Source: a virus
Virus record (IMG/VR): IMGVR_UViG_3300025108_000024
Span: 28,306 to 92,305 of that record
Strand: one strand, 5' to 3'
DNA length: 64,000 nucleotides
Shown here: positions 40,024 through 50,483 of the stretch, one piece after another
How the letters are laid out: each line of letters opens with the position of its first letter
Numbering within the stretch: position 1 is the first letter of the stretch
Translations under genes and position numbers: made by a program
Notes under the pieces: model-generated
Database searches by the model: none
Told to the model about the DNA's origin: nothing
Seen by the model: only the letters and a program-made list of their open reading frames with translations

Positions 40024-40503
40024 TTAGCTAAGGAATAATAGTTTATACTTAGCTGAATTAATTTCATCTTTTATTAAATCTAGATTACTTACTATTTCAG
40101 AATGAGGCATACAGTATTGTAATTCATCTATCTGAGATGTAAGCATTCTCATATAATCTAAAGCACCATCTACATTTGTTAAAGTTGCAGGTGCTTTATC
40201 TGGATACATTAATATTACTTCACAAGCACCTTGATATCCTTCTGCTATAGTATCTACTAAATCAGGTAATGAATCATATAATTCATTTAATGCTTTATGT
40301 TGTGCAAAAGAACCATCACCTGTTACTTGTAAATGTAATTTATGAAAGCTTGTACGTGCATTCATTATTTCAACAACTAATGATGCTGTCTTTGCATCTA
40401 CTTCTTTCATTTCATTAGATCTAGTACCCATAACTTTTTTGGTTGATGGTCTAGATAGTTTACCCGTAGCTTTGGCTTTTAAAGGTCTTTTATACGTATC
40501 CAT
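40024..40503 (-). CDS. Dps/ferritin-like protein (DUF5856-type) with Lys-rich N-terminal tail
   Basis: HKLHLQVTG.GSFAQHKALNELYD...D.IAEGYQG ferroxidase-type pattern. Confidence 0.75.
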   Translation of the reverse strand: MDTYKRPLKAKATGKLSRPSTKKVMGTRSNEMKEVDAKTASLVVEIMNARTSFHKLHLQVTGDGSFAQHKALNELYDSLPDLVDTIAEGYQGACEVILMYPDKAPATLTNVDGALDYMRMLTSQIDELQYCMPHSEIVSNLDLIKDEINSAKYKLLFLS

Positions 40504-41204
40504 TAATTATTTCTTTCTGCTGTTTGTTGATTAGTTTGATACTGATTAAAGTTTTCTATGTCACCTGCAATTAAAGATGCAGTTTCATCTATTAATACTT
40601 CTACTATATCATCTTTAAACTCAGATTCAACTTGAGTTCCAGTTGCAGTACCATCAAATGGATTTTGACAACCTAGTATTTCTATACGTCTTGGTTGTCT
40701 ATAGTAAGTTAAATCAACATCTGTAATAGTAAAATCTCTTCTATATACTCTTATATCATTACCTATCCAAGTACAGAATGTTTCTCCCCATTCATAATCT
40801 GGTCTTTTTAAAGGATCTCTTAAAATTAAATCTACATTAGCTTCTTCTGCTAAGTAAACTGTCATTGATCTAGGATCAGGACAACAATCACTTGTAGCAA
40901 AAGCAGATATCCTTTTAAATTCCATATAGTTATCTGGTATAGCTGTTGATTCAAAATAATCATTTGTAGAAAAACCAGGTAAGTTTACCTCTGTTAAAAG
41001 TATTTGAAGATCATCTATTCTTCTCTTAGACATCTCATCACCTTCACGGTACATATTATTACCGTGAAGCTGACGTCTTACCCATTCAACTTGAGCTTTA
41101 TTAAATGCCTCTACAATTTGCCAACATTCAATGTTATCAAAATCATTGCTAGAAAGCTTATTAAGCCTTTGTTTTATTTTAATTTGTAGAGTTGAGTTAT
41201 TCAT
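40503..41204 (-). CDS. Head-tail connector / ring protein
   Basis: FNKAQ...R.IDDLQ.L and YYRQP motifs; crAss-like capsid block synteny. Confidence 0.6.
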   Translation of the reverse strand: MNNSTLQIKIKQRLNKLSSNDFDNIECWQIVEAFNKAQVEWVRRQLHGNNMYREGDEMSKRRIDDLQILLTEVNLPGFSTNDYFESTAIPDNYMEFKRISAFATSDCCPDPRSMTVYLAEEANVDLILRDPLKRPDYEWGETFCTWIGNDIRVYRRDFTITDVDLTYYRQPRRIEILGCQNPFDGTATGTQVESEFKDDIVEVLIDETASLIAGDIENFNQYQTNQQTAERNN

Positions 41205-41215
41205 TATATGTTAAG

Positions 41216-42232
41216 TTATGAGTTCCAATAAGGTTCTACTTTAGATAGTAAACTTAACAATGTATCTTCATTACCTGGATCTTTAAGATATTCAATTACT
41301 TCACCAGATCTTTTACCTAGTTTTTCTGAACTATCCATTGACTCAATCCAACCTGAAGATTTAGGAACTAAGAATCTGTAGTACATAGCATCTTTTACTA
41401 ATGCTCTGATTTTAAGATCTTCCATAGAACTATTAGATGCTTCTAAAAATTGCTTAGATGCTCTTTTTCTATTTCCTTCTGTTCCTTCACCGTTAATGTA
41501 CATATCCATATTTTCGTACATTATGTCATTTGGTGTAGACTTTGTGTATTGAACACTTTCTAAATCTACACACTTTGCAACATACATCAACTTAGTTGTA
41601 TCAGTATCATACATATTTTGTAAAGCAACTAAAGCTTTATTTCTCAGCTTAGTATACTCTGTTCTTTCACTAATGGTTTCTTCTAGTTGGTCTAAATAAA
41701 ACTTTGGTGGATTTACAGCTTTCTTAGCTTCTTTCAATGATTTACCTACCATTGAAAATCCACCTGCATTTATAGCATATATCTTTATAAGATCATATGG
41801 ATCTTTTACAGGATCTAAGAATACTGGATCATTACCACATCTTAGGCTTATTCTTGACCAGAACTTATCATTGTCTGGTTTTAATAATGTTACTTTATTC
41901 CAAAAATCTTTATCTTCAAGATCTATGACATTAGACGCTAATTCAGCTTCTAATTGAGCAACTACTTTTCTTATCTCTTTTACTTTTACTTCTTTATCTC
42001 CTGGAGGTAACATCTTTACATCTGGTGCAAATTCATTTAGTCCAGTAACATATCTTTTAACTCCATTTAGTTCTAGACATGCTAAAGATTCTTCATGCCA
42101 TACTCCTTCATGAAGTGCCATACCATATTGTTCAAGCCCCATGTTTTGTCTGCTTGGGTTAAAGTACGGTCTTACAGCAATAGCATTATTTTTGCCAAGC
42201 TGATATTTTTCTACAATAGTGTAATCACTCAT
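41216..42232 (-). CDS. Conserved capsid-module protein (crAss gene-75 position)
   Basis: Immediately downstream of the major capsid gene, 338 aa. Confidence 0.5.
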   Translation of the reverse strand: MSDYTIVEKYQLGKNNAIAVRPYFNPSRQNMGLEQYGMALHEGVWHEESLACLELNGVKRYVTGLNEFAPDVKMLPPGDKEVKVKEIRKVVAQLEAELASNVIDLEDKDFWNKVTLLKPDNDKFWSRISLRCGNDPVFLDPVKDPYDLIKIYAINAGGFSMVGKSLKEAKKAVNPPKFYLDQLEETISERTEYTKLRNKALVALQNMYDTDTTKLMYVAKCVDLESVQYTKSTPNDIMYENMDMYINGEGTEGNRKRASKQFLEASNSSMEDLKIRALVKDAMYYRFLVPKSSGWIESMDSSEKLGKRSGEVIEYLKDPGNEDTLLSLLSKVEPYWNS

Positions 42233-42375
42233 TTTTTTGGTTTTTAAAAATTAATAATGTTTGTTTTCAACTCAAAAGTAGATATTTATCTACAATTATT
42301 ATTAATATTTCTAAAGCCAGGATTTACCTGACTATAGTTATTTGAGGAGAATAACACTTAACTCACATTAAAAAT

Positions 42376-42409
42376 AAAAAAAGGAGGAAGTTTTACCCAC
42401 CTCCTTTTT
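42376..42409 (-). terminator. Intrinsic terminator after the major capsid gene
   Basis: AAAAAGGAGG...CCTCCTTTTTTT. Confidence 0.8.
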
Positions 42410-42425
42410 AGTTATTAAGTATATA

Positions 42426-44045
42426 TTAGAATGAACCTCCTGTTACAGGATTTCTCATTACAATTTTTAATACTTTGGTTGGATCCTTCACCCAGATAGC
42501 TGGCATGGTTTGAGTCATATAAACTCTATAACCATTAAAGTTACCTGTAGAAGCAAAACCTTGAGTTCTTCCCATGTAGTCCATAGTACCATTTTGGTAG
42601 AACCACTTAAGTTGATTATCCCAAGATAACTTCAATAAGTGAATGTTATCATTTCCATTTTCTGTCACATCAAAGATAATGAAGCTATAAGAGCTTAAAG
42701 GACGTCCATCAATTAATGGATTCTCTACATCATTTGTGTGAAGATTATCAAATGCAGGGTTAAGTACAAACTTAACGTTAGCAAGGAAAGGAATAGTAAA
42801 GCTTGTGTAAGCAAAACCGAAATCTAAATCCATTCCTGAACCTTTTACTGCACCAATATCACTAGCGTTTTGAACTAATCCAGAACCATATACTTCATCA
42901 GCAATAGCTTTGTTGATTAATTGCATTCCACCAATACCTGTTTGTACAACAAGTTGTCTACTTGGGTCTGGCCCTTTGAACTCAACTTTACCTTGATAGA
43001 AGTTGTATAGCTCAGACTTGAACATATCAAGTGAGAAAGCAGACTTGTTATATACTCTTTTGAAAGAGTTATCTAACTGAGACCAAAGACCTACAGATAA
43101 TCTAATATCATCTGGTCCATCTTGTTTTACTTTTCCACCTTTACCCCACATTAGGTAAGTTTCAATATCATTTGCAATCTTGCTCAAGTGAGCAGCTTCC
43201 ATGTTTGTAACGAAAGTTCTAGACAAACGTCCATCTTCAAATGCTTCTCTAGCACCTGCTTTTCCCATTCCAGCTACCAACTCATCAATTGATGATACAG
43301 AAGGATTGTTTGGATCTTGGTCAAAGTTTCTCCAGATCTCTGTTACAGGTACAGTACCATCAGCATTCAAACCACCTTTAATCATAAGATCAGCACGGCT
43401 AGAAATAGAATAGTGTACATGTGCCTCAGCTCCACCAACAAAGTTGTAGAACTCACGGAATCCAGAACCAGTTTCAATATCAGAGAATCTTTCACCATAT
43501 TCACCTCTTGCAGAACCTTTTCTAAAGAATTTAGTTCCTGGAGCTAAGTATGCGTTATCTAATGATGCTGCACTGTTATTGTTTACAAGTTGTACAGTGT
43601 AGATGTATCCATCACCTGCAGGGATAATATCATCTGCAGTAATGTACAATTCTAAACCGTTGTACTTGTCATAAGTAATGATATCACCATGACCAAAGCT
43701 TCTTTTTGAAACTTTAATCTTGAATGTAGTACCATCTACACCTTTTGTGTCATTTGCTGGCTCAATGTCAGCTACAACAAAAGGTAAATCTTGAGCGATT
43801 GGAGTTTGCCATTTATACTCCCCACGCGCGTTGTCTACCATGATTGTGTTCTTTCCACCAAAAGAAGCCATTTGATACAAAGGCATTTCTACCTTTTGGG
43901 TCATTGCCCAAAGATCAACTGGTCCCATATCCATAGGCTCAGAAGATCCAAGCATTTGGGTTAGGTGATAAGAATCAACATGAGAGCTCGCTTTGTAAGC
44001 AGTATCTCTTAGGAAAATTCCATTGTTTAATACAGGAGTTGCCAT
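42426..44045 (-). CDS. Major capsid protein (crAss-like)
   Basis: 539 aa; order terminase-portal-acidic scaffold-this gene, followed by a strong terminator; codon usage of a highly expressed gene. Confidence 0.85.
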   Translation of the reverse strand: MATPVLNNGIFLRDTAYKASSHVDSYHLTQMLGSSEPMDMGPVDLWAMTQKVEMPLYQMASFGGKNTIMVDNARGEYKWQTPIAQDLPFVVADIEPANDTKGVDGTTFKIKVSKRSFGHGDIITYDKYNGLELYITADDIIPAGDGYIYTVQLVNNNSAASLDNAYLAPGTKFFRKGSARGEYGERFSDIETGSGFREFYNFVGGAEAHVHYSISSRADLMIKGGLNADGTVPVTEIWRNFDQDPNNPSVSSIDELVAGMGKAGAREAFEDGRLSRTFVTNMEAAHLSKIANDIETYLMWGKGGKVKQDGPDDIRLSVGLWSQLDNSFKRVYNKSAFSLDMFKSELYNFYQGKVEFKGPDPSRQLVVQTGIGGMQLINKAIADEVYGSGLVQNASDIGAVKGSGMDLDFGFAYTSFTIPFLANVKFVLNPAFDNLHTNDVENPLIDGRPLSSYSFIIFDVTENGNDNIHLLKLSWDNQLKWFYQNGTMDYMGRTQGFASTGNFNGYRVYMTQTMPAIWVKDPTKVLKIVMRNPVTGGSF

Positions 44046-44096
44046 AATTGTTAATTGTTATTTAAGTTAATTATTAATTGTTATTTATTCTTGTTA

Positions 44097-45386
44097 CTAA
44101 AATCTTTTAAATATGTTGTTACTTCTAGGTAACTTTTTCTTGGTAGACTTTTTTCTACCTTCTGTCTCACGCTCTTGTACTCCAAGAGATGATCCTCCAC
44201 TATTGCTTTGTTCAGTCTTTAACTTTCTTACTGTGCTTTCTACACTCTTCTGTGCACCCTTCTCCATTATTCTGGTCTTATAACCATCTGGATCTGATAG
44301 TAACCATAGAGCTTCAGAAATCAATGTATAGTTTGGTTCAACAAACTGATACTTCTCAAGCAAATGACCTAACAAGTTCGTATTTCTTCCACTTACTGAA
44401 GGATAATTTGGTTGAACTAATCCGTTGTATAGCATAGACTGTGTCTTTCTATCAACTTTTAATTCTCCTAAGCTACCTTCTTTAAGAGTATTATATACGT
44501 TCTCCATATATTGCTTTGAAGCTTGTTCTTGCTGTGCCTTGCGCATTTCCTGCTCTTCAAGTTTTTTAGCTAAAACTTTTTCTTGCATCTTATCCAATTT
44601 AGGTTTAAACTTTGAAGCTTGACTTTCAAGCTTACCTAAATCTTTCCAGATTTCAATTTCTTCTGCAATCTCTTCAGCATCACCATATCCTGTAGCTTGT
44701 AGGTAATCTCTGATTATTACTTCTTGATCACTTTCTTTTTTAACATCTAAGCTCTTTTTTTCTTCAGCTTGTGCTAGAGTTGAAAATAATCCTTTTAAAT
44801 CAGTACCACCATCAGCCACATAACGTGCTGCTATTTGGAGTTCTTGCGGCAAACTTTCAAAGAACTGTTTTGGAGTTTCTCTTCTAACTTGGTTTGCCTT
44901 TTCTTCCAAGTTAGCTTCTATTAATTCCTCCCAATCTTTAGCAGAATAATCATCAAAAGATTTGTCATCATCAAAAGGAACAATTTTATCATCTTTTATA
45001 AGCTTGTTAAATACATCACCTATTCCAGAAATTTTCTTTCTTCCTCTTTTAACTTTCTTATCTTCTACTTCATCTGCTTCATCTACTTCTAATGCATCAA
45101 ATATATCATCTGCATCTTCTGTAGTTTTAGCATCATCTGCTTTTTTTTCTTCTGTATCTACTTCAGCTGATGCTTCTGTTTCAACTTCTTTTGTTACTTC
45201 TTTTTCTTCTTCTATTTCAGTAAAAGAAAAATCTGCTTCTTTAGTTGGTTTACTAAATACTGACTTAGGTTTGCTTTCTTCTGGTACTGTTACACTATCT
45301 GCTCCAGCGGCTCCGTCAAAAAGGCTATCTAAATCAATGTTTTCTTGAGTAACTTTACTCTCTACTGTTTTAGTATCTGTTGCCAT
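44097..45386 (-). CDS. Acidic scaffold-like capsid assembly protein (crAss gene-77 position)
   Basis: Very E/D-rich N-terminus, coiled coil, lies between portal and major capsid genes. Confidence 0.6.
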   Translation of the reverse strand: MATDTKTVESKVTQENIDLDSLFDGAAGADSVTVPEESKPKSVFSKPTKEADFSFTEIEEEKEVTKEVETEASAEVDTEEKKADDAKTTEDADDIFDALEVDEADEVEDKKVKRGRKKISGIGDVFNKLIKDDKIVPFDDDKSFDDYSAKDWEELIEANLEEKANQVRRETPKQFFESLPQELQIAARYVADGGTDLKGLFSTLAQAEEKKSLDVKKESDQEVIIRDYLQATGYGDAEEIAEEIEIWKDLGKLESQASKFKPKLDKMQEKVLAKKLEEQEMRKAQQEQASKQYMENVYNTLKEGSLGELKVDRKTQSMLYNGLVQPNYPSVSGRNTNLLGHLLEKYQFVEPNYTLISEALWLLSDPDGYKTRIMEKGAQKSVESTVRKLKTEQSNSGGSSLGVQERETEGRKKSTKKKLPRSNNIFKRF

Positions 45387-45426
45387 TTTATTGTTGGTTT
45401 TTGTAATTGTTAATTCTTACATATAC

Positions 45427-45436
45427 AATATACAAA
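45427..45436 (-). promoter_or_regulatory. Late promoter motif TTTGTATATT
   Basis: Exact copy upstream of the scaffold-capsid operon. Confidence 0.7.
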
Positions 45437-45525
45437 CATTTTTACAAATAAACTTAAGAAATGCATACAACATAAATCATTTTGTGCAGTATATAGCTAT
45501 CTATATTTTTTCTTCTTAATTAAGC

Positions 45526-48291
45526 TTATTTTTTTGGTTTGTTATCCTTCTTATTGGACTTAACATCATATTTATTTTTATTCTCTCTTGCAATTTGTAA
45601 TTGCTTATCTGCAATTTCTCTTTGAGTAGAAAGCTTTTCTCTATCAATGTTTAATTTATCTGTAGTAAATGAGTTTTTAACTGAGGCTTGTTCTCTCTTA
45701 AAGTTCATTTCCTCACGTTTTTCATTATTCCTCCTAATATCTTTCATGCTATCCTGGAAGTCAGATACTTGATTTTGATTTATATCACTTTGTGCACCAT
45801 ATCCAGCAGATCTAATCTCAGCAACTTGGAGTTTGTTTTGACGTTCTTTGTCATTTTCACTTATCTCCATTTGTATTTTTGCTTGAGCCTCTTCTGCTTG
45901 AGCTTTTAATTGTTGCTCTTGCATTTGTCTCTGTTGCTGCATTTCTTGTTCTCTTTGTGATTGAGTTTTCATTTCAGCTTCCTTCAAGATATCAGATACT
46001 TCAGCAATAGACTCAGCTTTAATAATATTACCTAAGTCATAAATACTAGCACCACTTGTGTTATTTTGTATTGCAAGTTGTTTTAATTGATCCAGTATAG
46101 ATCTATGATTTGTTTTAGTTGTTGCAAAAACATTAAAGTCTCTCAATAAAAGATCAGTACCGTTTATTTGAAAGTTTACTTTTTCTGCCTCAGAGCTTAT
46201 ATAAGAGAGTCTAACGCTTGGGTTAGTACTATAGTAGTGTTGAGCTAGATCTGTTCTCATTTGATGTACTCTAGGCATTAGGTGATCTGAATGCTGTGTA
46301 AAGTAGACTTCAGTTTGAGCATATGATTGATTCATTGCTTGTGTAACACCTGTTGCTGTTTGTTGAGCTATAGGAGCACCCAGTCTTTGTGGATTAATAC
46401 CTATTGCATCAAATGCTTGTTGTTTAAAATAATTAGCTAATTGAATACGTGACATTAATCTACCAGTCTGCTCCATGTTAAGAGTTTGGTAATGATTAAA
46501 GTTTGTAGCATTTTCTGTATTAGTAATTGAAGTATCTAAAGGTAGCATTTGGAAATCTTTCATTGCTACATAGGCTTTTGCATAATTGCCCTTACCCCAA
46601 TCTTCACCCATAGAATGACGTGGTAAAGCATTTTGATCAAACATAATAACAGTACCTAGTTCATCTACTAGTATATCTGCTATTTGATTATTAACCATAT
46701 TATAACCTACTTGATAAGCTTTCATTAAATCAACCAATGAAGTAGATCTTGTATTTCTATCAGAGAATACTCTCCCTTCTACAGGTAGTTTACATCCATA
46801 TAATGAACTATCACCTTTAAACTGAAATGGTATTCTACCGGGTTTCTTTCTGTTAATACCTAAATAAATAGGATTCATATCTTTTGATGAATCAGCTTTC
46901 CAAAAACCTGGGAAATTAGCACCAATTTTGACACCACCCCAAACTTCATTAATCCAAATCCAATCTATATGCTCTCCCTGTACTAAAGTATTTTTGCTTT
47001 TGTTTTTAAATATAGTAGAATCATATATTGGTTTTTCTGTAACTTTAAATGTTTCATCAATGATCTCTTGCATTACTTGACCATCTTCTGTTATCTTAGT
47101 TAAATGACCAACTTTACGTTGTGTTTTCCAATACGTAGTTGTAACCCTCATTAAAGATCCCTCACCCCAGTTAGGTAAATCATCTCCTTCATTTAAAATA
47201 GAACCTATTATATCACCACCACTTGTTGAGTTGCTAGCCCAGTTACTCATAAACTGTCTGTAGCCTAAACTAGGAGCGTTTGTATTCCACTCGTGAGATT
47301 TAGTAGCATCATAATAAGTACCATCATTTTGATATCCGGATACTTGGTATTTAGCTGATTTAGCAGGATATATTTTTTGTAAGGATGTTAATTGCTTTTC
47401 ATCCATTAAGTAACCATACTTATCTATCACATCTGCAATAGTCATTAAATCAACTTTACCTGCATAGTTAGATTGAGATATATATCTTGCATCTGGTGAC
47501 TTCTGATAAAATGTTAATACCGGATTCCATAACTCTACATCATAGTCATCTTCCATCATTCTAAAATGCCAGAATTCTCTATCTGTAATAAGCATGTCTC
47601 TAAAAGCTCTTTCTTCCAGTTCTTGCATATTAAATCTCTCAGTATCAACATTCAATTGATGAGTGGCCCATTCTTCTACTAATGATCTATAATCCTTTGT
47701 AAAAAAATCTTGTATCTCTGGTAATGATTTTAATGCTTCAGGGTTCATTTTTTTCTGAGCTTCTTCTGATTCAGGATCCATTCCCATTTGAATCATGTTC
47801 ATCATCATTTTGTTTGAAGCATCTCTTAAAAGATTTTCTTCAATCATAGCTCTTTTCTGCTCAAGCATTTCATTATAAGAAAGATCATCAACAGCTCTGA
47901 ATTGCACTCTGCTTAATCTTTTAGAAAATTCTCCAGATAGTACGTTTATAACGTTTGGAATAATAGGATAAAATTTTAATTCCAGTGCTGACTCATCTTC
48001 TTGAGTAAGTGTATCTAGTAAATCTTTATATTCATTGTCATCTTCAACTATATAGTCTGTTTTATCTATAATTCCTTTAGCAAGCTTATAGTTTTTCAAT
48101 AATTTTCTAGCATTCTGTTTTAGAAACTGCATACCTTGCACTTCTAACCAATCTAAATTCCAAGCAGCCCAATCATCATCTTTCTTTTTAGCCGGCAAGA
48201 ATTGTATAGGTTGTGTCAAACTAGAAGAAGCACCAGAGCCTGATTCAGCTTTAGCACCATTCTTCAATTGCATTGCGTTATATACTTTCAT
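45526..48291 (-). CDS. Portal protein
   Basis: 921 aa directly after terL; FYPIIPNVINVLSGEF, WIWINEVWGG, GINPQRLG motifs; C-terminal Q-rich coiled-coil barrel. Confidence 0.9.
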   Translation of the reverse strand: MKVYNAMQLKNGAKAESGSGASSSLTQPIQFLPAKKKDDDWAAWNLDWLEVQGMQFLKQNARKLLKNYKLAKGIIDKTDYIVEDDNEYKDLLDTLTQEDESALELKFYPIIPNVINVLSGEFSKRLSRVQFRAVDDLSYNEMLEQKRAMIEENLLRDASNKMMMNMIQMGMDPESEEAQKKMNPEALKSLPEIQDFFTKDYRSLVEEWATHQLNVDTERFNMQELEERAFRDMLITDREFWHFRMMEDDYDVELWNPVLTFYQKSPDARYISQSNYAGKVDLMTIADVIDKYGYLMDEKQLTSLQKIYPAKSAKYQVSGYQNDGTYYDATKSHEWNTNAPSLGYRQFMSNWASNSTSGGDIIGSILNEGDDLPNWGEGSLMRVTTTYWKTQRKVGHLTKITEDGQVMQEIIDETFKVTEKPIYDSTIFKNKSKNTLVQGEHIDWIWINEVWGGVKIGANFPGFWKADSSKDMNPIYLGINRKKPGRIPFQFKGDSSLYGCKLPVEGRVFSDRNTRSTSLVDLMKAYQVGYNMVNNQIADILVDELGTVIMFDQNALPRHSMGEDWGKGNYAKAYVAMKDFQMLPLDTSITNTENATNFNHYQTLNMEQTGRLMSRIQLANYFKQQAFDAIGINPQRLGAPIAQQTATGVTQAMNQSYAQTEVYFTQHSDHLMPRVHQMRTDLAQHYYSTNPSVRLSYISSEAEKVNFQINGTDLLLRDFNVFATTKTNHRSILDQLKQLAIQNNTSGASIYDLGNIIKAESIAEVSDILKEAEMKTQSQREQEMQQQRQMQEQQLKAQAEEAQAKIQMEISENDKERQNKLQVAEIRSAGYGAQSDINQNQVSDFQDSMKDIRRNNEKREEMNFKREQASVKNSFTTDKLNIDREKLSTQREIADKQLQIARENKNKYDVKSNKKDNKPKK

Positions 48292-48293
48292 AT

Positions 48294-50483
48294 TTATCTA
48301 AAATTTTTATAGGCAGATCTTTTGATCTTTTTCCCGCCAATACTAGTTTTTCCCCTTGCTAAATTTTTAAACGGACTATACTTTAATTTATACAAATTTT
48401 TTGAATTTACCAAAGAATTGTCTGATTCACTTTCTCTTCTTTTCAAATAACCACGGTTTGATTGTTGAATTCTTACAAAAGCAACTAATGCTCCAAAAGC
48501 AACCAACCTATCCACGTTTAAACCAGGGTAGTAAGCAAGCATTTCTTTTAAAAGCATAGGATCTGGTATTCTTTCAATACCTAATGTTGTTGAAATGGTG
48601 TTTCCATCTTGGTCTGTTTCTTCATCTATTTCTTCTCTTAAGAATTCTATAGCATAAGATATTAAATGACTCTTGAATAAAGTACCTGTATTTTTCCATC
48701 CGTATTCTTGATATACAGTTCTGTTAGAACCTAGATCTTTCAGAAAAAGAATTTGTTGTTTTGGCACAAGGTATTTTTGTTTTTTCTTAGCAATCATGTG
48801 CTGAATAAAAAGAGATATGTTATTCTCAACAAGAGTCCATGCGTTAAACCATTCAATAATTAATTCTAACTGACCATGTGTTTTATTTATATCATCATAT
48901 CTACCACACCAAGCAGCTACAATCTTATCTTTTTCTATAAAATGTTCTAAGCCAGCCTGAGTTTCTCTAGAAACTTCCATTGCATTCTTATAAACAAAGA
49001 TACTACATAAGGAATCAGATGTTGTTGTTTTACCTTCTGACACGGGGTCAATAGAAGCATAGTAGGTTCCAAATTGTGGATTTGCAATAGGTCTTTCCCA
49101 AACAACTAAACAACCTGTTTTATCTTGTGCTTTTTTATTAGCAGGAAATTCTGATATAGGTAGCTTATTAGATCTTTTAGCTTCTATACCATCTTGTGTT
49201 CTTTCTAACTCAATGTGTTCATATGCATATTCTTTATCTTCAATTTTCTTCATTTGCTTTGAAATGATACCTTGAGGGAATATAGATTCTTTTCTATAAG
49301 CAAATGCTTCTGCTATGTTAGTTGGTTTTTGAGATATACGTAACTGATATTGTTCTGGATTTAAATCAGCCTTCCATTTTTTTCTTTCTAATGTTATTGC
49401 ATTGAGTGCTTCCTCTATTTTAGAGTTACCGTATGCATCAATATAAGGCGGCATAGACCACTGTTCTGGAATAAACAGACCTGCCATATTAATTGTACCA
49501 TCAGCGTCCATTAGATTTGTTTCTACAGCATATATATCATTTGCTTTAGGATTGAGTATCATTTCCTTTAATGGCTCACATTGATCCAAATCACCAACAG
49601 AACCTGCTGCTATAAACATACCCGTTGTAACCATACCTGAAGACATTGCAGGACGCAAGTACTCATAGGTCTGCATCATCTTTGGTGCTATACCTGCTTC
49701 TTCATGAAAAAAGTAACTTGTTGGTCCACCTACACCAGTTGTTGCATTTTTTTCAAATGAGGCACCTTGTATTTTAGATTTTAAACCTCTAGATGTTTTT
49801 CTATTACCTACTTTGACTTCTATCTGCTGTTGCCATAGTAAAACCTTTTCTGGATTACTGGGCCTATACCACGCAGTGTGCTCATTTAAAAATGTTTTAT
49901 ACTCATCTAAAAACTTCCAGGAACCTTTATCATTTATGTAATCTTTTAGTGATGCACCAATCTTACAAGTACTACCTTCTTCAAACCAGTATGTATTAAT
50001 TATTTTTCCCATGTGAAAATAGGAAGAAGCAATTTGACGTTTTTTTAGTATTGCTGAGTGTTGATAGTTAAGTTCAGCTAACAGTTCATATAATGCCATA
50101 TGATATTGAGCATCTCTTACTTTAGCAAAACCATACTTTTTTTCTTCTTTGTCATATATAGGTAAAAAGTTTAACCACATATAATAATCTCTTGTTAAAT
50201 ACCAAGTGTAAGGACCTTCTTTATAGATGACCCCTACACGGCATTTATCTTTTTGATCATTCCAATATGTTATAAAGTCTTTTGATCTGAAAGGAGCTGA
50301 ACAATAAAAACCATCTTTGTTGAAGTTTCTGGCTTCTTTGTTAAACAGTAAAGCTGATTTAGTAAAGTTATATAGACCGGGTTCTTTAAATATAGATTCT
50401 ATAAATTCATTAAATGAATCTCTAGTTTCAAATTTAGTCACTGTCCAGTTACCATTTTCAAACGTTGGGACTTCTTTAAACAT
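48294..50483 (-). CDS. terL: Terminase large subunit
   Basis: ILKKRQIASSY (Walker A-like), FFHEEAG (Walker B), YASIDP nuclease motif, NVDRL. Confidence 0.93.
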   Translation of the reverse strand: MFKEVPTFENGNWTVTKFETRDSFNEFIESIFKEPGLYNFTKSALLFNKEARNFNKDGFYCSAPFRSKDFITYWNDQKDKCRVGVIYKEGPYTWYLTRDYYMWLNFLPIYDKEEKKYGFAKVRDAQYHMALYELLAELNYQHSAILKKRQIASSYFHMGKIINTYWFEEGSTCKIGASLKDYINDKGSWKFLDEYKTFLNEHTAWYRPSNPEKVLLWQQQIEVKVGNRKTSRGLKSKIQGASFEKNATTGVGGPTSYFFHEEAGIAPKMMQTYEYLRPAMSSGMVTTGMFIAAGSVGDLDQCEPLKEMILNPKANDIYAVETNLMDADGTINMAGLFIPEQWSMPPYIDAYGNSKIEEALNAITLERKKWKADLNPEQYQLRISQKPTNIAEAFAYRKESIFPQGIISKQMKKIEDKEYAYEHIELERTQDGIEAKRSNKLPISEFPANKKAQDKTGCLVVWERPIANPQFGTYYASIDPVSEGKTTTSDSLCSIFVYKNAMEVSRETQAGLEHFIEKDKIVAAWCGRYDDINKTHGQLELIIEWFNAWTLVENNISLFIQHMIAKKKQKYLVPKQQILFLKDLGSNRTVYQEYGWKNTGTLFKSHLISYAIEFLREEIDEETDQDGNTISTTLGIERIPDPMLLKEMLAYYPGLNVDRLVAFGALVAFVRIQQSNRGYLKRRESESDNSLVNSKNLYKLKYSPFKNLARGKTSIGGKKIKRSAYKNFR

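Noticed and set aside
48294-50483. Intein or intron in terminase or capsid genes
   Set aside because: ORFs are continuous and of ordinary length, with no intein C-terminal HN-C/S/T junction or LAGLIDADG motif noticed.
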